Source of the DNA: Eledone cirrhosa
Taxonomy: Eukaryota
NCBI GenBank assembly: GCA_964016885.1
Contig: OZ024740.1
Span: forward strand, 408,456,001-408,520,000
Direction of reading: 5' to 3'
Length of the DNA: 64,000 nt
Shown here: positions 13,197 through 24,709 of the stretch, piece after piece
How positions within the stretch are numbered: the stretch's first letter is position 1
How the letters are laid out: every line of letters starts with the position of its first letter
Notes under the pieces: model-generated
The model's input: the letters and a program-made list of their open reading frames with translations, nothing else
What the model was told of the DNA's origin: nothing
Database searches by the model: none
Program-made: the position numbers and the translations under genes

Positions 13197-13464
13197 GGTT
13201 CTGATTTAGTGATCTTAGTAGTTCACAAAAGTGAAAGAATTCAATATTTATAATCGAGTTTCATTTTTTTTATTTTCTTACAACATAGCTACAATGCTTC
13301 AGCAAAAGAGTATCTGCTAAGCTTTACATATGTACAGTGTGTGTGTACATACACACATATACACACATTTTTGTTGTTTGGGATCTAGTGATTCTATAAT
13401 AGTTCACAAAGGGGGAAGAACTAAATATTTTTGATACAATATATATATATATATATATATACGT

Positions 13465-13985
13465 GTAGACGCCACAGAAAAAATGCACCCAGCACTCACT
13501 GTAAATGAGGTTGGTGTTAGGAAGGGCATCCAGCTGTAGAAATCAAGCCAGAATCAGTTCCCGTATGAGCAAGGCATGGTCAGCCAGTCTAACCCATGCT
13601 AGCGTGGAAGAACAGACGTAAAACGGTGATGATGATGATGATATATATATATATCATCATCATCATCATCATTTTACGTCCGTTTTTTCCCTGCTTGCAA
13701 GGGTGGGATGGGAACTGATTCTGGCTTGATTTCTACAGCTGGATGCCCTTCCTAACACCAACCTCATTTACAGTGAGTGCTGGGTGCTTTTTTGCCGTGG
13801 CACCTCCACGACCACTTTGCAGTGGAATGATAGGGACCCCAGTCCCTATCATCTCATTTCTACAGCTGAGTAAACTGTAGAAAGTGTCTTGCTCAAGGAA
13901 ACAACACATCACCCGGTCTGAGAATTGAACTCACAACCTTTCGATTGCAAGGCCAATGCTCTAACCACTAAACCATGTGCCTCCA
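13465..13985. mobile_element. Tail-to-tail pair of family B SINEs
   Basis: Partial plus copy ~13465-13640 and near-full minus copy 13655-13985. They share ~90 bp in inverted orientation. Confidence 0.85.
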
Positions 13986-14042
13986 TGGCCAGAAGTGGTT
14001 ACCCCTGATTGAACCCGGGATACACACATATATATATATTTT

Positions 14043-14087
<45 letters not shown>

Positions 14088-14128
14088 GTATGTATTTATA
14101 TATATATGTGTGTATGTATTTATATCCT

Positions 14129-15301
14129 GGGTCAGATAGATTTTATCCTCATCAGAGGACGTGACAGATGGACGGTCGTAAACACAAAAGCCTACCCTAG
14201 TGAGGAATGTACCTCCCAACATAGCTTAGTTGTCAGCGACCTCACGGTCAGAACTAGACGAACCTGAAAACAGGCCAACCTGGAGAAGAAATATCTGGAA
14301 GCTGAAAGTCCCCTCAACCAGTAACAGATTTAAAGATATTTTACTCAACGCCTATGACAGTAAAGAAGAACAGATAGAGACATTCAATGTAGAAGAGAAC
14401 TGGGAGTTCCTAAAAAATAACTTACTAGAAGCGACGGATGAGATCTGTGGCTGGAGTAAGACCACAGGCAGGAGGAGAGTGACTTGGTGGTGGAACAATA
14501 AGGTAGATGAGGCAGTTAAGGCCAAGAGACAGGCATGGAAAGAATGGAAGAACGGGGGGAGCAGGGTACATTACATAGAGACCAAGAGGGAAGTTAGGCG
14601 ACAAGTATACTTAGCTAGGAGGGAAGCAGAGGATAGAAAATTCAAGCATGTTTTGCAACATGAGGACCAGAAACAGGAGGTGTTCAACATTGTGAGGCAG
14701 TGTGTCAGGGAGAATTGTGATGTCATTGGAGAGAAGTGTATCCGGAATGATAAAGGTGAGCTTGCCCTCACAAGTCCTGAGAAGAAAGATGCATGGAAGA
14801 GCCATTATGATAGATTACTAAATGAGGAGAATGCATGAGAAGAAGAGACCCTACCCCAAGTAGACCCTATAGAGGGGCCGGCAGTACAAGTCAGCAGCAG
14901 CGTAGTAGGTAAGGCAATCAAAGATATGAAGATGGAGAAGGCAACCGGTCCATCGGGTATAGCTGCCGAGATGCTGAAGGCATCTGGGTCTGTAGGTCAC
15001 ACTATAACCACATGTATTGTTAACCAGGTAATACTAGAAGGTGTCATACCAAAGGATTGGTGCAATAGCATCATTGTCAACTGCTACAAAGGTAAAGGTG
15101 ATGCACTAGATAGAGGAAACTATAGAGGTATAAAGCTGATGGACCAGGTCATGAAAGTAACAGAAAGAGTTATAGCACAGTTGATTAGGGGCCGGGTGAG
15201 ATGCAATTTGGGTTTGTACCAGGAAGAGGCACCACTGATGCCCTCTTCCTTGTGAGGCAGTTACAGGAAAAGTACCTAGCTAAAAGTAAGCCACTCTACC
15301 T
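14129..15301 (+). mobile_element. RTE-clade LINE fragment (end of APE endonuclease, linker, start of RT)
   Basis: Peptides QIDFIL..SQHSLVV, TWWWN..V, KATGPSGIAAEMLK..IP.DW..IV..YKGKGDALDRGNYRGIKL, and a QFGF..G.GTTDALF-like stretch. Contains stops and frameshifts. Confidence 0.92.
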
Positions 15302-15615
15302 CTAATTTATGTTCAAGTTTATATACAGATTTCCATATATGCAACACATATCCATTTAATATAGTTGGCCGTTAATTTTCAAAATATTTAATTTAAGTTA
15401 TTTCAGAGTAATGAATAATATTTTAGGTTTTAAATTTTAGGTTTTAAAAGTTAATAGGTATTTGTATTAATATTATAATTATGTTTAATTTCTAAAATTC
15501 AAATTTTATGAAAAAAAATTTAAATGATTTACGAAACACGAGAAAGAAAATAATGCTTTTATACCCTCACGAAGGTAATCTTTACCAAAATTATTTATAA
15601 TAATGACAACAGTTT

Positions 15616-15941
15616 CATCATCATCATCATTTCATTTTACGTCCACTTTTCCCTGCTTGCAAGGGTGGGACGGGAACTGATTCTGGCTTGATTTCTACAG
15701 CTGGATGCCCTTCCTAACACCAACCTCATTTACAGTGAGTGCTGGGTGCTTTTTTGCCGTGGCACCTCCACGACCACTTTGAAGTGGGGTCCTATCATCT
15801 CATTTCTACAGCTGAGTAAACTGGAGCAATGTGAAATAAAGTGTCTTGCTCAAGGAAACAACACATCACTCGGTCTGAGAATTGAACTCACAACCTTTCG
15901 ATTGCAAGGCCAATGCTCTAACCACTAAGCCATGTGCCTCC
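15616..15941 (-). mobile_element. Full-length SINE family B
   Basis: Near-identical to 7845-8181; flanked by the direct repeat CAGTTT. Confidence 0.9.
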
Positions 15942-16428
15942 AGTTTATATAATATAATTTATAAAATACTTATAGTTATAATTATTAAAGAATTTATTAT
16001 TAAATAGTTTGAGTGCCTAAAGGATCAACCGGCCTTATAACTAAACTTAACATATAAACTTGAACATAAATTACTCCCCTTTGTATATAAACTTAAACAT
16101 AAATTACTCCCATTTGTCTCTCTCCCTCTTTAATCATCTTTCATCTGTTTTTTCAAGCCTCCTACTAAATATATTATCACATCAGCTGTTTCTTAGTCTA
16201 TGCTTTCCTTTCCCTCCTCGTTCTCCAGTAGATTTTTAAAAAAATTTATAACTGTTATATTGATGCCATGTATTTTTTAAGCTGTATTACATGCACCTTC
16301 TCTATTGTTTGTATTATGTTATCTCATGTTCTCAATATTAGGGTATAAATATTGAGTTTTGTAATAAGTTAATCCCTACCATGACTGAATATTAACCATC
16401 TACTATGTCAGGGTGTCATGCATCATCT

Positions 16429-16495
16429 TATTTTATCTGATGAGGACGTACTGTTGAACTTAACTCAGTACCTCTGAAATATGTATAATAAAATA
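16429..16495 (+). ncRNA. Minimal type-I hammerhead ribozyme motif (family 1)
   Basis: Stem I TATTTTAT/ATAAAATA; core CTGATGA; stem II GGACGTACTG/CAGTACCTCT (one mismatch); GAAA; very short helix III ATATGTAT; AUA cleavage triplet. Confidence 0.75.
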
Positions 16496-16535
16496 TAATT
16501 GATCACAAGAATATCTATTTTGTTAATATTTTGAA

Positions 16536-16576
<41 letters not shown>

Positions 16577-16629
16577 GTAGTTTTCTGGAAAAAATGTTTT
16601 AATATACTTATTTTTTCTTCAACTTCTAG

Positions 16630-16689
16630 TTTTGGCAATCCTTATCATGATGAATACTCAATCCTCGCTCCATTGTATCAATGCTGCAA
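16630..16689 (+). CDS. FAM20B: FAM20B-like 60-bp exon (not in the ORF track)
   Basis: Acceptor ttctAG at 16628-29; donor GTAAGA at 16690. Encodes (S)[19 protein letters not shown](K), matching FAM20B [20 protein letters not shown]. Confidence 0.93.
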
Positions 16690-16992
16690 GTAAGATTATT
16701 ATTATTATTATTATTGTAAATAGGTGGTTGATTGGCAGTATTGATAGAACATCAGACAACATCCTTTGTGGCATAGAGTTACAGTCCTGTGCGTTCTGAG
16801 TTCAAATCCTGTTACGGGGTCAATAAAATAAAGTACCAGACTTTCTCCTGTATCTAGTAATGTGTCCTTATTGTTGTTGCTACCCCTCCCCATTATCACT
16901 CAATGTAAATCTTCCACTGTGGAATGTCTTCATGCAGCCCCTAGTATCTGGAACCCTTGTGGCCAATAAAAGAAATTATTATTGTTATAATA

Positions 16993-17178
16993 GGGCGGTG
17001 GATTGGTAGTATCGGTAGAGGGTCGGACGCCATGCTTTCCAGCATAGTTACGTCCCTTTACGATCTGAGTTCAAATCCCGCCGAGGTTGACTTTGCCTTT
17101 CATCCTTACGGGGTCGATAAAATAAAGTACCAGTAATGCACTGGATAATTGCTGGCCTTGTGCCTAAAGTAGAAACAA
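16993..17178 (+). mobile_element. Full-length SINE family A
   Basis: GGCGGTGGATTGGTAGTATCGGTAGAG..GAGTTCAAATCCCGCCGAGG..GTAGAAACAATT followed by an (ATT)n-like tail. Confidence 0.9.
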
Positions 17179-17656
17179 TTATTGTTATAATTATTATTTC
17201 TTTAACAGTTTTGTGTGAGTTTCTACTGCACAACCAGATGCACCTCTATGTCCCTGTGTGGTGCATTGTGTGTTTTTATTGTATGTGGGAGGAATATTGA
17301 CTCATGTTGATGTACTACATCAATTTTGTTTTAATATGGGGTTTAACTTGATGTTTCTGCTATTAATCTAATGTTTCTTTTCTTTTGTAGAGTATGTGTA
17401 AATTGAGTTGTGTTATTTTGTTGGCTAAGGAATATGTTCTGCATATGCTGTGTTACCATTGTAGTGTATCTCAGTGTGTGGTGTGTGGTTTGTGTAGCAT
17501 CAATGGGTCGCAGCTACTGCCTAGAGTGTTGTGTGAATTATTGACGTTACAATGTCAGTTTTCTGGAGAGCTAGATATACAAAACCTTTCATTTTCTACA
17601 TAGCTCACCGGTGGGGTTTTTTTCAGAATTAATAAAAATCAATGTTATTTTTCTAT

Positions 17657-19322
17657 TTGTTTTATTTGGTGTTAATCCTGTAGTGTGTGAGTTGTGTTGT
17701 TTATTTGGTGTTAATCCTGTAGTGTGTGAGTTGTGTTGTTTATTTGGTGTTAATTCTGTAGTGTGTGAGTTGTGTTGTTTATTTGGTGTTAATCCTGTAG
17801 TGTGTGAGTTGTGTTGTTTTATTTGGTGTTAATCCTGTAGTGTGTGAGTTGTGTTGTTTTATTTGGTGTTAATCCTGTAGTGTGTGAGTTGTGTTGTTTA
17901 TTTGGTGTTAATCCTGTAGTGTGTGAGTTGTGTTGTTTATTTGGTGTTAATTCTGTAGTGTGTGAGTTGTGTTGTTTATTTGGTGTTAATCCTGTAGTGT
18001 GTGAGTTGTGTTGTTTATTTGGTGTTAATCCTGTAGTGTGTGAATTGTGATGTTTATTTGGTGTTAATTCTGTAGTGTGTGAGTTGTGTTGTTTATTTGG
18101 TATTAATCCTGTAGTGTGTGAGTTGTGATGTTTATTTTATGTTAATTCTGTAGTGTGTGAGTTGTGATGTTTATTTGGTGTTAATTCTGTAGTGTGAGTT
18201 GTGTTGTTTATTTGGTGTTAATTCTGTAGTGTGTGAGTTGTGATGTTTATTTGGTGTTAATCCTGTAGTGTGTGAGTTGTGTTGTTTATTTGGTGTTAAT
18301 TCTGTAGTGTGTGAGTTGTGTTGTTTATTTGGTGTTAATTCTGTAGTGTGTGAGTTGTGTTGTTTATTTGGTGTTAATCCTGTAGTGTGAGTTGTGTTGT
18401 TTATTTGGTGTTAATCCTGTAGTGTGTGAGTTGTGTTGTTTATTTGGTGTTAATTCTGTAGTGTGTGAGTTGTGTTGTTTATTTGGTGTTAATCCTGTAG
18501 TGTGTGAGTTGTGTTGTTTATTTGGTATTAATTCTGTAGTGTGTGAGTTGTGTTGTTTATTTGGTGTTAATCCTGTAGTGTGTGACTTGTGTTGTTTATT
18601 TGGTGTTAATTCTGTAGTGTGTGAGTTGTGTTGTTTATTTGGTGTTAATCCTGTAGTGTGTGAGTTGTGTTGTTTATTTGGTGTTAATTCTGTAGTGTGT
18701 GAGTTGTGTTGTTTATTTGGTGTTAATCCTGTAGTGTGAGTTGTGTTGTTTATTTGGTGTTAATCCTGTAGTGTGTGAGTTGTGTTGTTTATTTGGTGTT
18801 AATTCTGTAGTGTGTGAGTTGTGTTGTTTATTTGGTGTTAATCCTGTAGTGTGTGAGTTGTGTTGTTTATTTGGTATTAATTCTGTAGTGTGTGAGTTGT
18901 GTTGTTTATTTGGTGTTAATCCTGTAGTGTGTGACTTGTGTTGTTTATTTGGTGTTAATTCTGTAGTGTGTGAGTTGTGTTGTTTATTTGGTGTTAATCC
19001 TGTAGTGTGTGAGTTGTGTTGTTTATTTGGTGTTAATTCTGTAGTGTGTGAGTTGTGTTGTTTATTTGGTGTTAATCCTGTAGTGTGTGAGTTGTGTTGT
19101 TTATTTGGTGTTAATTCTGTAGTGTGTGAGTTGTGTTGTTTATTTGGTGTTAATTCTGTAGTGTGTGAGTTGTGTTGTTTATTTGGTGTTAATTCTGTAG
19201 TGTGTGAGTTGTGTTGTTTATTTGGTGTTAATTCTGTAGTGTGAGTTGTGTTGTTTTTTTGGTGTTAATCCTGTAGTGTGTGAGTTGTGTTAATCCTGTA
19301 GTGTGTGAGTTGTGTTGTTTTA
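17657..19322. repeat. 39-bp minisatellite, about 42 copies, intronic
   Basis: Unit GTTTATTTGGTGTTAAT(C/T)CTGTAGTGTGTGAGTTGTGTT. Confidence 0.97.
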
Positions 19323-21011
19323 TTAAGTGCTTGTTATATAAGTGTTATCTTAAGAGATTGTATTGTTTGAGTTGTTCTGTTGAATCAATGGCATGTGCAG
19401 AATGTAGGCTGTTTATGTCAGATCTATTTTTTAGGGGACATGAGCCCTGGTATGGCTTGTATTTTTTGTCTATATTTTTTTAATCATACTTAGTGATCCA
19501 ATTACTATTGCCACTATTTTTACCCTTACCTTGTAATGTCTATTTCAGTTTCAAGTTCCTCGTCTAACCCATGCTAGCGTGGAAGATAGATGTTAAACGA
19601 TGATGATGATGTATTTTAACAATTTTTTTAGTTTCTTTTCAAGCAATATTTTGGTCAGCAGGCATTATCATGTCTATATCTGGGCAGTTTGTCTTGATTT
19701 CTTTGTTGGTTTGGATGGCTATATCCCAGATAACTGTGGCCAGGTTGTTGTCATGTACTGTATTTAGTACATCTTTATACACCTTCTTCTTCATTTTCAC
19801 ATTGAAGTATTGGCTTATTGTCTAATGAATACAGCTGCTCACTTGATCATATCTGTGTATATATTCAGACTTGCCAAGAACTGATCAGTCAGTGTTTATG
19901 TGGTCAACTGCTCATTGTATTGGTTGTAGAGTTAGTATTTAATGCCAGCAATTTCTTTCATTATTTTATTTTTGTAGTTGTTTATGACTAGACATTGGTC
20001 TTGTGCAGATAGAATCAGTCCTTCTGTTTCAGCTTTTAACCCAGAGCTTTTGAGCCATGTTGACTTTCATGTTAGCTTAGATTTTTTTTTGTCTTGCCTT
20101 GCAAGATATTGACTATAGAGTGTTTTTTCCCCGCCATTTCTTCTCAGTATATTTTGTAATTGCATTTGTGACATTTTTTTTGTTTCTTCCTTCATGCATA
20201 TTAGGTTAGTATCAGTCGTGCATATTAGGTTAGTATCAGTCAATGGGAGTGTTGGGACTGTTGTTATTCCCCTCCATACACACGCACACATGTATCTGTG
20301 TGTATATCATGACTCATACACTATTCACTTTCCTGACATTTGTACATTATTCTATGTACTACACATGCACCTTTGATGAGTTGTAGTGCACCTGAGCAGT
20401 GTACACAATAATTTCATTATTATTATCATATTTTCTATTGAGTGAGTCGGTGGGTTCTGGTTCTGCTTCTAGTATATTAATGGTCTATTTTATTTGTCTC
20501 AATGCTGGATCCCCCAATATGCAGAAAGATTTTTACTTTGATGTGCCTTATTGAGCTGCCATGTTTGGCGTGATGAATGAGTACTGATGTATATTTCATG
20601 TCTTTGAATCTCTGCTCTCTTTTATCCTTTTGCCTATGCTGCAGGCCACTTCACCCTTATAAATTGTGGCAGTGTTCCTACATCCTTCCTCTTTTCATCT
20701 CATACTATATACCATGTTTTTACTTTTGCAGTATATTTTGCACACTGTATTGGGGGTAGCATCAGCAAACAGTAAATTCTAGAACTTGTTACTATCATAC
20801 TGTTAGTCTGCTTTCTCTCGGTTCTTTCTTATCCTTTCTAATTTGTTCCATAATTTCCTCCCCATGGGAGAATCCATTTTCTCCCCATGGGAGAATCCAT
20901 TCACATCATTGTTGTGATGGTTTCAAACTAAACATATTATTTATTTTATTTATATTAAGTGTAACAACTCGTCCAACCCATGCCTCGTGGTAGATGAATG
21001 TAAAATAATGA

Positions 21012-21215
21012 TTCCTACTTTAGGCACAAGGCCAGTAATTTTGGAGGAGGGGAAAGTCAATTAAATCGACTCCAGTGCATTACTGGTGCTTTATTTTATC
21101 AACTTCATAAGGATGAAAAGCAAAGCTAACCTTGGCAGGATTTGGACTCAGAACGTAAAGGGCCATAACTCTATTCCGCTAAACATGTTGTCCAATGCTC
21201 TACTGATTCTGCCAA
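21012..21215 (-). mobile_element. SINE family A (long variant)
   Basis: Family motifs on the minus strand. Confidence 0.8.
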
Positions 21216-21462
21216 TACGTTACCATAAAAAAATAAAAAAATAATGATATTAGGGTTGCTGCTCTGAAATAGCGATGTATACATGAATGTATGTGTGTGT
21301 GTGTGTGTGTACGTCTGTGTATATATGTATACATGAATGTATGTATAGTATATTTGGCAATATACCGTATGTTTAATTAAAAATATTTAGGAGACCTTAC
21401 GCTATCAGTTTTAAAGTAGTGACTATGTCACTTACTTCTTTTCGGTGAAAGAAAGGGAGAGA

Positions 21463-21504
21463 AGCTGACAGTCTGTTTCACGCTGGCTGGCGTTCATCAG
21501 AGCC
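21463..21504 (-). ncRNA. Minimal type-I hammerhead ribozyme motif (family 2, antisense copy)
   Basis: Minus strand reads GGCT-CTGATGA-ACGC-cagcca-GCGT-GAAA-CAGACTG-TC-AGCT. Confidence 0.82.
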
Positions 21505-21832
21505 ACGTACTCCCCTGCTTCTGCCGGAAATTATAGAAGCTGGATTCTTATAGAATTCCAGTAATAATCAAGAACTGAAAAGAAGTAAGTGACATAATCA
21601 CTACTTTAAAACTGATAGTGTATGGTCTTCTAAATGTTTTTAATTAAACATACGGTATATTGCCAAATATACTATACATACATTCATGTATACATCGCTA
21701 TTTCAGAGCACCAATCCTAATACCTAATGTTTGCTGGACCAGCAATCACTCTGTATAATCAGCTCCTGATTATTACTGGAATTCTATAAGAATCCAGCTT
21801 CTATAATTTTCGGCGAAAGCAGGGGAGTACGT

Positions 21833-21874
21833 GGCTCTGATGAACGCCAACTAGCGTGAAACAGACTGTCAGCT
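21833..21874 (+). ncRNA. Minimal type-I hammerhead ribozyme motif (family 2, sense copy)
   Basis: Reads GGCT-CTGATGA-ACGC-caacta-GCGT-GAAA-CAGACTG-TC-AGCT, with a GUC cleavage triplet at 21868-70. Confidence 0.82.
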
Positions 21875-22047
21875 TCTCTCCCTTCTTTCGCCGAAAAGAA
21901 GTAAGTGACATAGTCACTACTTTAAAACTGATAGTGTATGGTCTTCTAAATGTTTTTAATTAAACATACGGTATATTGCCAAATATACTATACATACATT
22001 TAAAATAATGATATTAAATATTTTCTTTTTTTTTTTCCTTCTTTCAG

Positions 22048-22291
22048 AATTCGACAGTCTACATATGATCAGTTGAAAATGTTGAAAAATGGTATTTTGT
22101 CCAAAGTTCTAAAAGCTGTCCTTTCATTTGATCGTATTTCTCCTATCATTAACAAACTGCATTTGAGTGCTATAGACAGACGTCTGCATCAACTCTTATC
22201 AACCATTGACAATTGTGTAAAAGAAGGAGGCATGACTAATGTAATTATTAGTGATGAGAAAATAATCGCAGAAAAACATATTGAAACATGA
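22048..22291 (+). CDS. FAM20B: FAM20B-like terminal coding exon
   Basis: Long pyrimidine tract plus cAG at 22046-47. Encodes (K)IRQSTYDQLKMLKNGILSKVLKAVLSFDRISPII..HLSAIDRRL..., like the FAM20B C-terminus. Stop TGA at 22289-91. Confidence 0.92.
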
Positions 22292-22971
22292 AACAGGAAT
22301 ATTACTAGAAGTGGTAGAAGGTCAGAGGTCAGAGATGGCCTGCATTAGCAGGAATTAGATTGGAATGGAAATTGAAAAATTATGATGGGATAAAGTAGAG
22401 TTCATTGTTTTGGTCTTTCAACCCTCAATTTCTTCTCTTCAGTAAAGGGGCTCTGAAAAAGTGTTTTATCCTTTCTCTTTTATTAACATATTTCTAATGA
22501 AAGACACTGCCTATAATCTTTAAATCATTTTGAAAATATTCTAATATTTTGAGAGATTTAGTAATAAAACTAATATACTCATTATTAAGTTGAGCATGTT
22601 TGAAACAGCTTAAAGGTTCTTACATAAAATTACACTCTCTGAAGTGCACTAGATGTATTTTGCCTTGGCACCAACATTAGGAAGATTGTCATATCTTTGA
22701 CACAGCTGAAAGTCTTCTCTACCTTTGTTTAGCAAGACCATAGAGAAAGAAAGATAGATAATAACTATTTCAACTTTCTTTTATATTTATCATTCATCTT
22801 CCAATGAAAGATTCTGCCTAAAACACTAGTCTCTACTTTATTACATGGCACAACATACACTACTTGAAATTCTTGAGCCATGAAATTCTAGTTTTCAGTT
22901 GCCCAGGGTATCAGAAGTTATTGATATATGTATGTGTGTATGTGAGTCATTGGAAACATTGATTCACATAA

Positions 22972-23395
22972 TATATATATATACATATATAAGTGTGTGT
23001 GCATGTGTATGTATGTATATATATATCTCTATATATATATATACATATATATATATTTATATATGTATTTATATATATATAAGTGTGTGTGCATGTGTAT
23101 GTATGTATATATATATCTCTCTATATATATATACATATATATATATTTATATATGTATTTATATATATATAAGTGTGTGTGCATGTGTATGTATGTATAT
23201 ATATATCTCTCTATATATATATACATATATATATATTTATATATGTATTTATATATATATAAGTGTGTGTGCATGTGTATGTATGTATATATATATCTAT
23301 ATATATATATATACATATATATATATTTATATATGTATATATATATATATATATATACATATATAGGTGTATGTGTATGTATGTATATATATATC

Positions 23396-23486
<91 letters not shown>

Positions 23487-23490
23487 GTGT
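22972..23490. repeat. Compound (TA)n/(TG)n microsatellite with ~90-bp higher-order period
   Basis: AAGTGTGTGTGCATGTGTATG recurs at 22991, 23081, 23171 and 23261. Confidence 0.9.
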
Positions 23491-23529
23491 GTCAAGTAAG
23501 AATATTTTTGAAACAGCGAGCGAGTTTGA

Positions 23530-23818
23530 AATTATAAATATAAGCTAACGCCGTATTTTGACTAAAGAAATTAAAGAAATTATTTAGCCTGATAGTGGGG
23601 TTAAGAACCCTCGGAGAAATGGAAAAAGATGAGTATTGACGTACATAGGTGATGTGTTGGTGTAATGGTAGCACAGTGGTCTGGATAGCCAAAGATGTGG
23701 GTTCGATTCCCATGTACGTCAATACTCATTTTTTCCATTTCTCCGAGGGTTCTTAACCCCACTATCAAGCTAAATAATTTCTTTAGGCAAAATACGGCGA
23801 TAGCTTATATTTATAATT
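23530..23818. repeat. Fold-back element with ~110-120-bp inverted arms and ~60-nt loop
   Basis: 23530-23649 is the reverse complement of 23709-23818, with few mismatches and one short indel. Confidence 0.92.
23651..23721 (+). pseudogene. tRNA-like cloverleaf (probable SINE head or pseudo-tRNA)
   Basis: 71 nt. D arm GTGT-aatggta-GCAC, T arm GTGGG-TTCGATT-CCCAT, A box TGGTGTAATGG, B box GGTTCGATTCC. The acceptor stem has 3 G-U pairs. A GGA anticodon with a 4-nt variable loop is not a normal tRNA-Ser. Confidence 0.7.
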
Positions 23819-24245
23819 ACATATATATGTATATAACTCAGAAGATCCCATAATAGGGTGAAAGCAGCGATTCTTTGCTTAAACTTTTATCTGTACTTAT
23901 ATATATATATACACAAACACGCATATATGTATATATATACATATGTATATATATGCACACATATATACATATGTATATATATACACACATATATACATAT
24001 ATATATATATATACACACACTATATTCATTTTGGAAATGTCTGATCTGAAAGTGCAATTGTTTTATTATCATTTAATTGTTTTGTTTTTATAATTTGCAT
24101 GAATCTGTATATATGAATGTGTATATATGAATGAGTATATATGAATGTGTATATATGAATGTGTATATATGAATCTGTATATATGTTATTGTGTACATGA
24201 TACTGTTTATAGTTATGTGTTTCACATGTTACTTTATTATTATGA

Positions 24246-24420
24246 GGGCGGTGGATTGGCAGTGTCGGTAGAGCGTCGGACAACATGCTTCACAGCAAAA
24301 GAGTTACGGCCCTTTACGTTCTGAGTTCAAATCCCACTGAGGTTAACTTTGCCTTTCATCCTTACGGGAGTCGTTAAAATAAAGTACCAGTCACACACTA
24401 GGGTCAATTTAATCGACTCC
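24246..24420 (+). mobile_element. SINE family A
   Basis: Family consensus motifs; a more decayed copy follows at ~24530-24670. Confidence 0.85.
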
Positions 24421-24709
24421 AAGTGCTTATTTATGAAAAAAGGTAGAATTACGGCAAACTGAATGAAGCAACAATATTAAGGGTTGAAATTATAATAGGC
24501 AATATAAAGAGTGATGGAAAGGTTCTATAGATTCTGAGTTGAAATCCCACTGAGGTTAACTTTACCTATCATCCTTCTAAAGTTAATAAAGTATCAGTCA
24601 TGTACTAGAGTCAATTCATTTGTCTCTCTCTCACAGTTAGTGGTCTTTTGATTATGTTAGAAACAATTATATGCCATATGTTGAACCCATTAACTATGAA
24701 TATCAGCAA

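Larger units (their letters stand above)
21248..22000. mobile_element. Retrozyme / Penelope pseudo-LTR-like element: ~316-nt monomer in partial tandem plus an inverted copy
   Basis: GAAAAGAAGTAAGTGAC... recurs at 21577 and 21893 (period 316). 21248-21578 is a reverse-complement copy. One hammerhead motif per monomer. Confidence 0.8.

Noticed and set aside
17611-19483. Cys-rich (LFGVNPVVCELCC)n ORFs
   Set aside because: 39-bp minisatellite inside a FAM20B intron; the frame is broken by 1-2-bp indels.
23651-23721. Functional tRNA-Ser(GGA) gene
   Set aside because: No long variable arm, three G-U pairs in the acceptor stem and a mismatch in the anticodon stem; treated as a tRNA-derived head.
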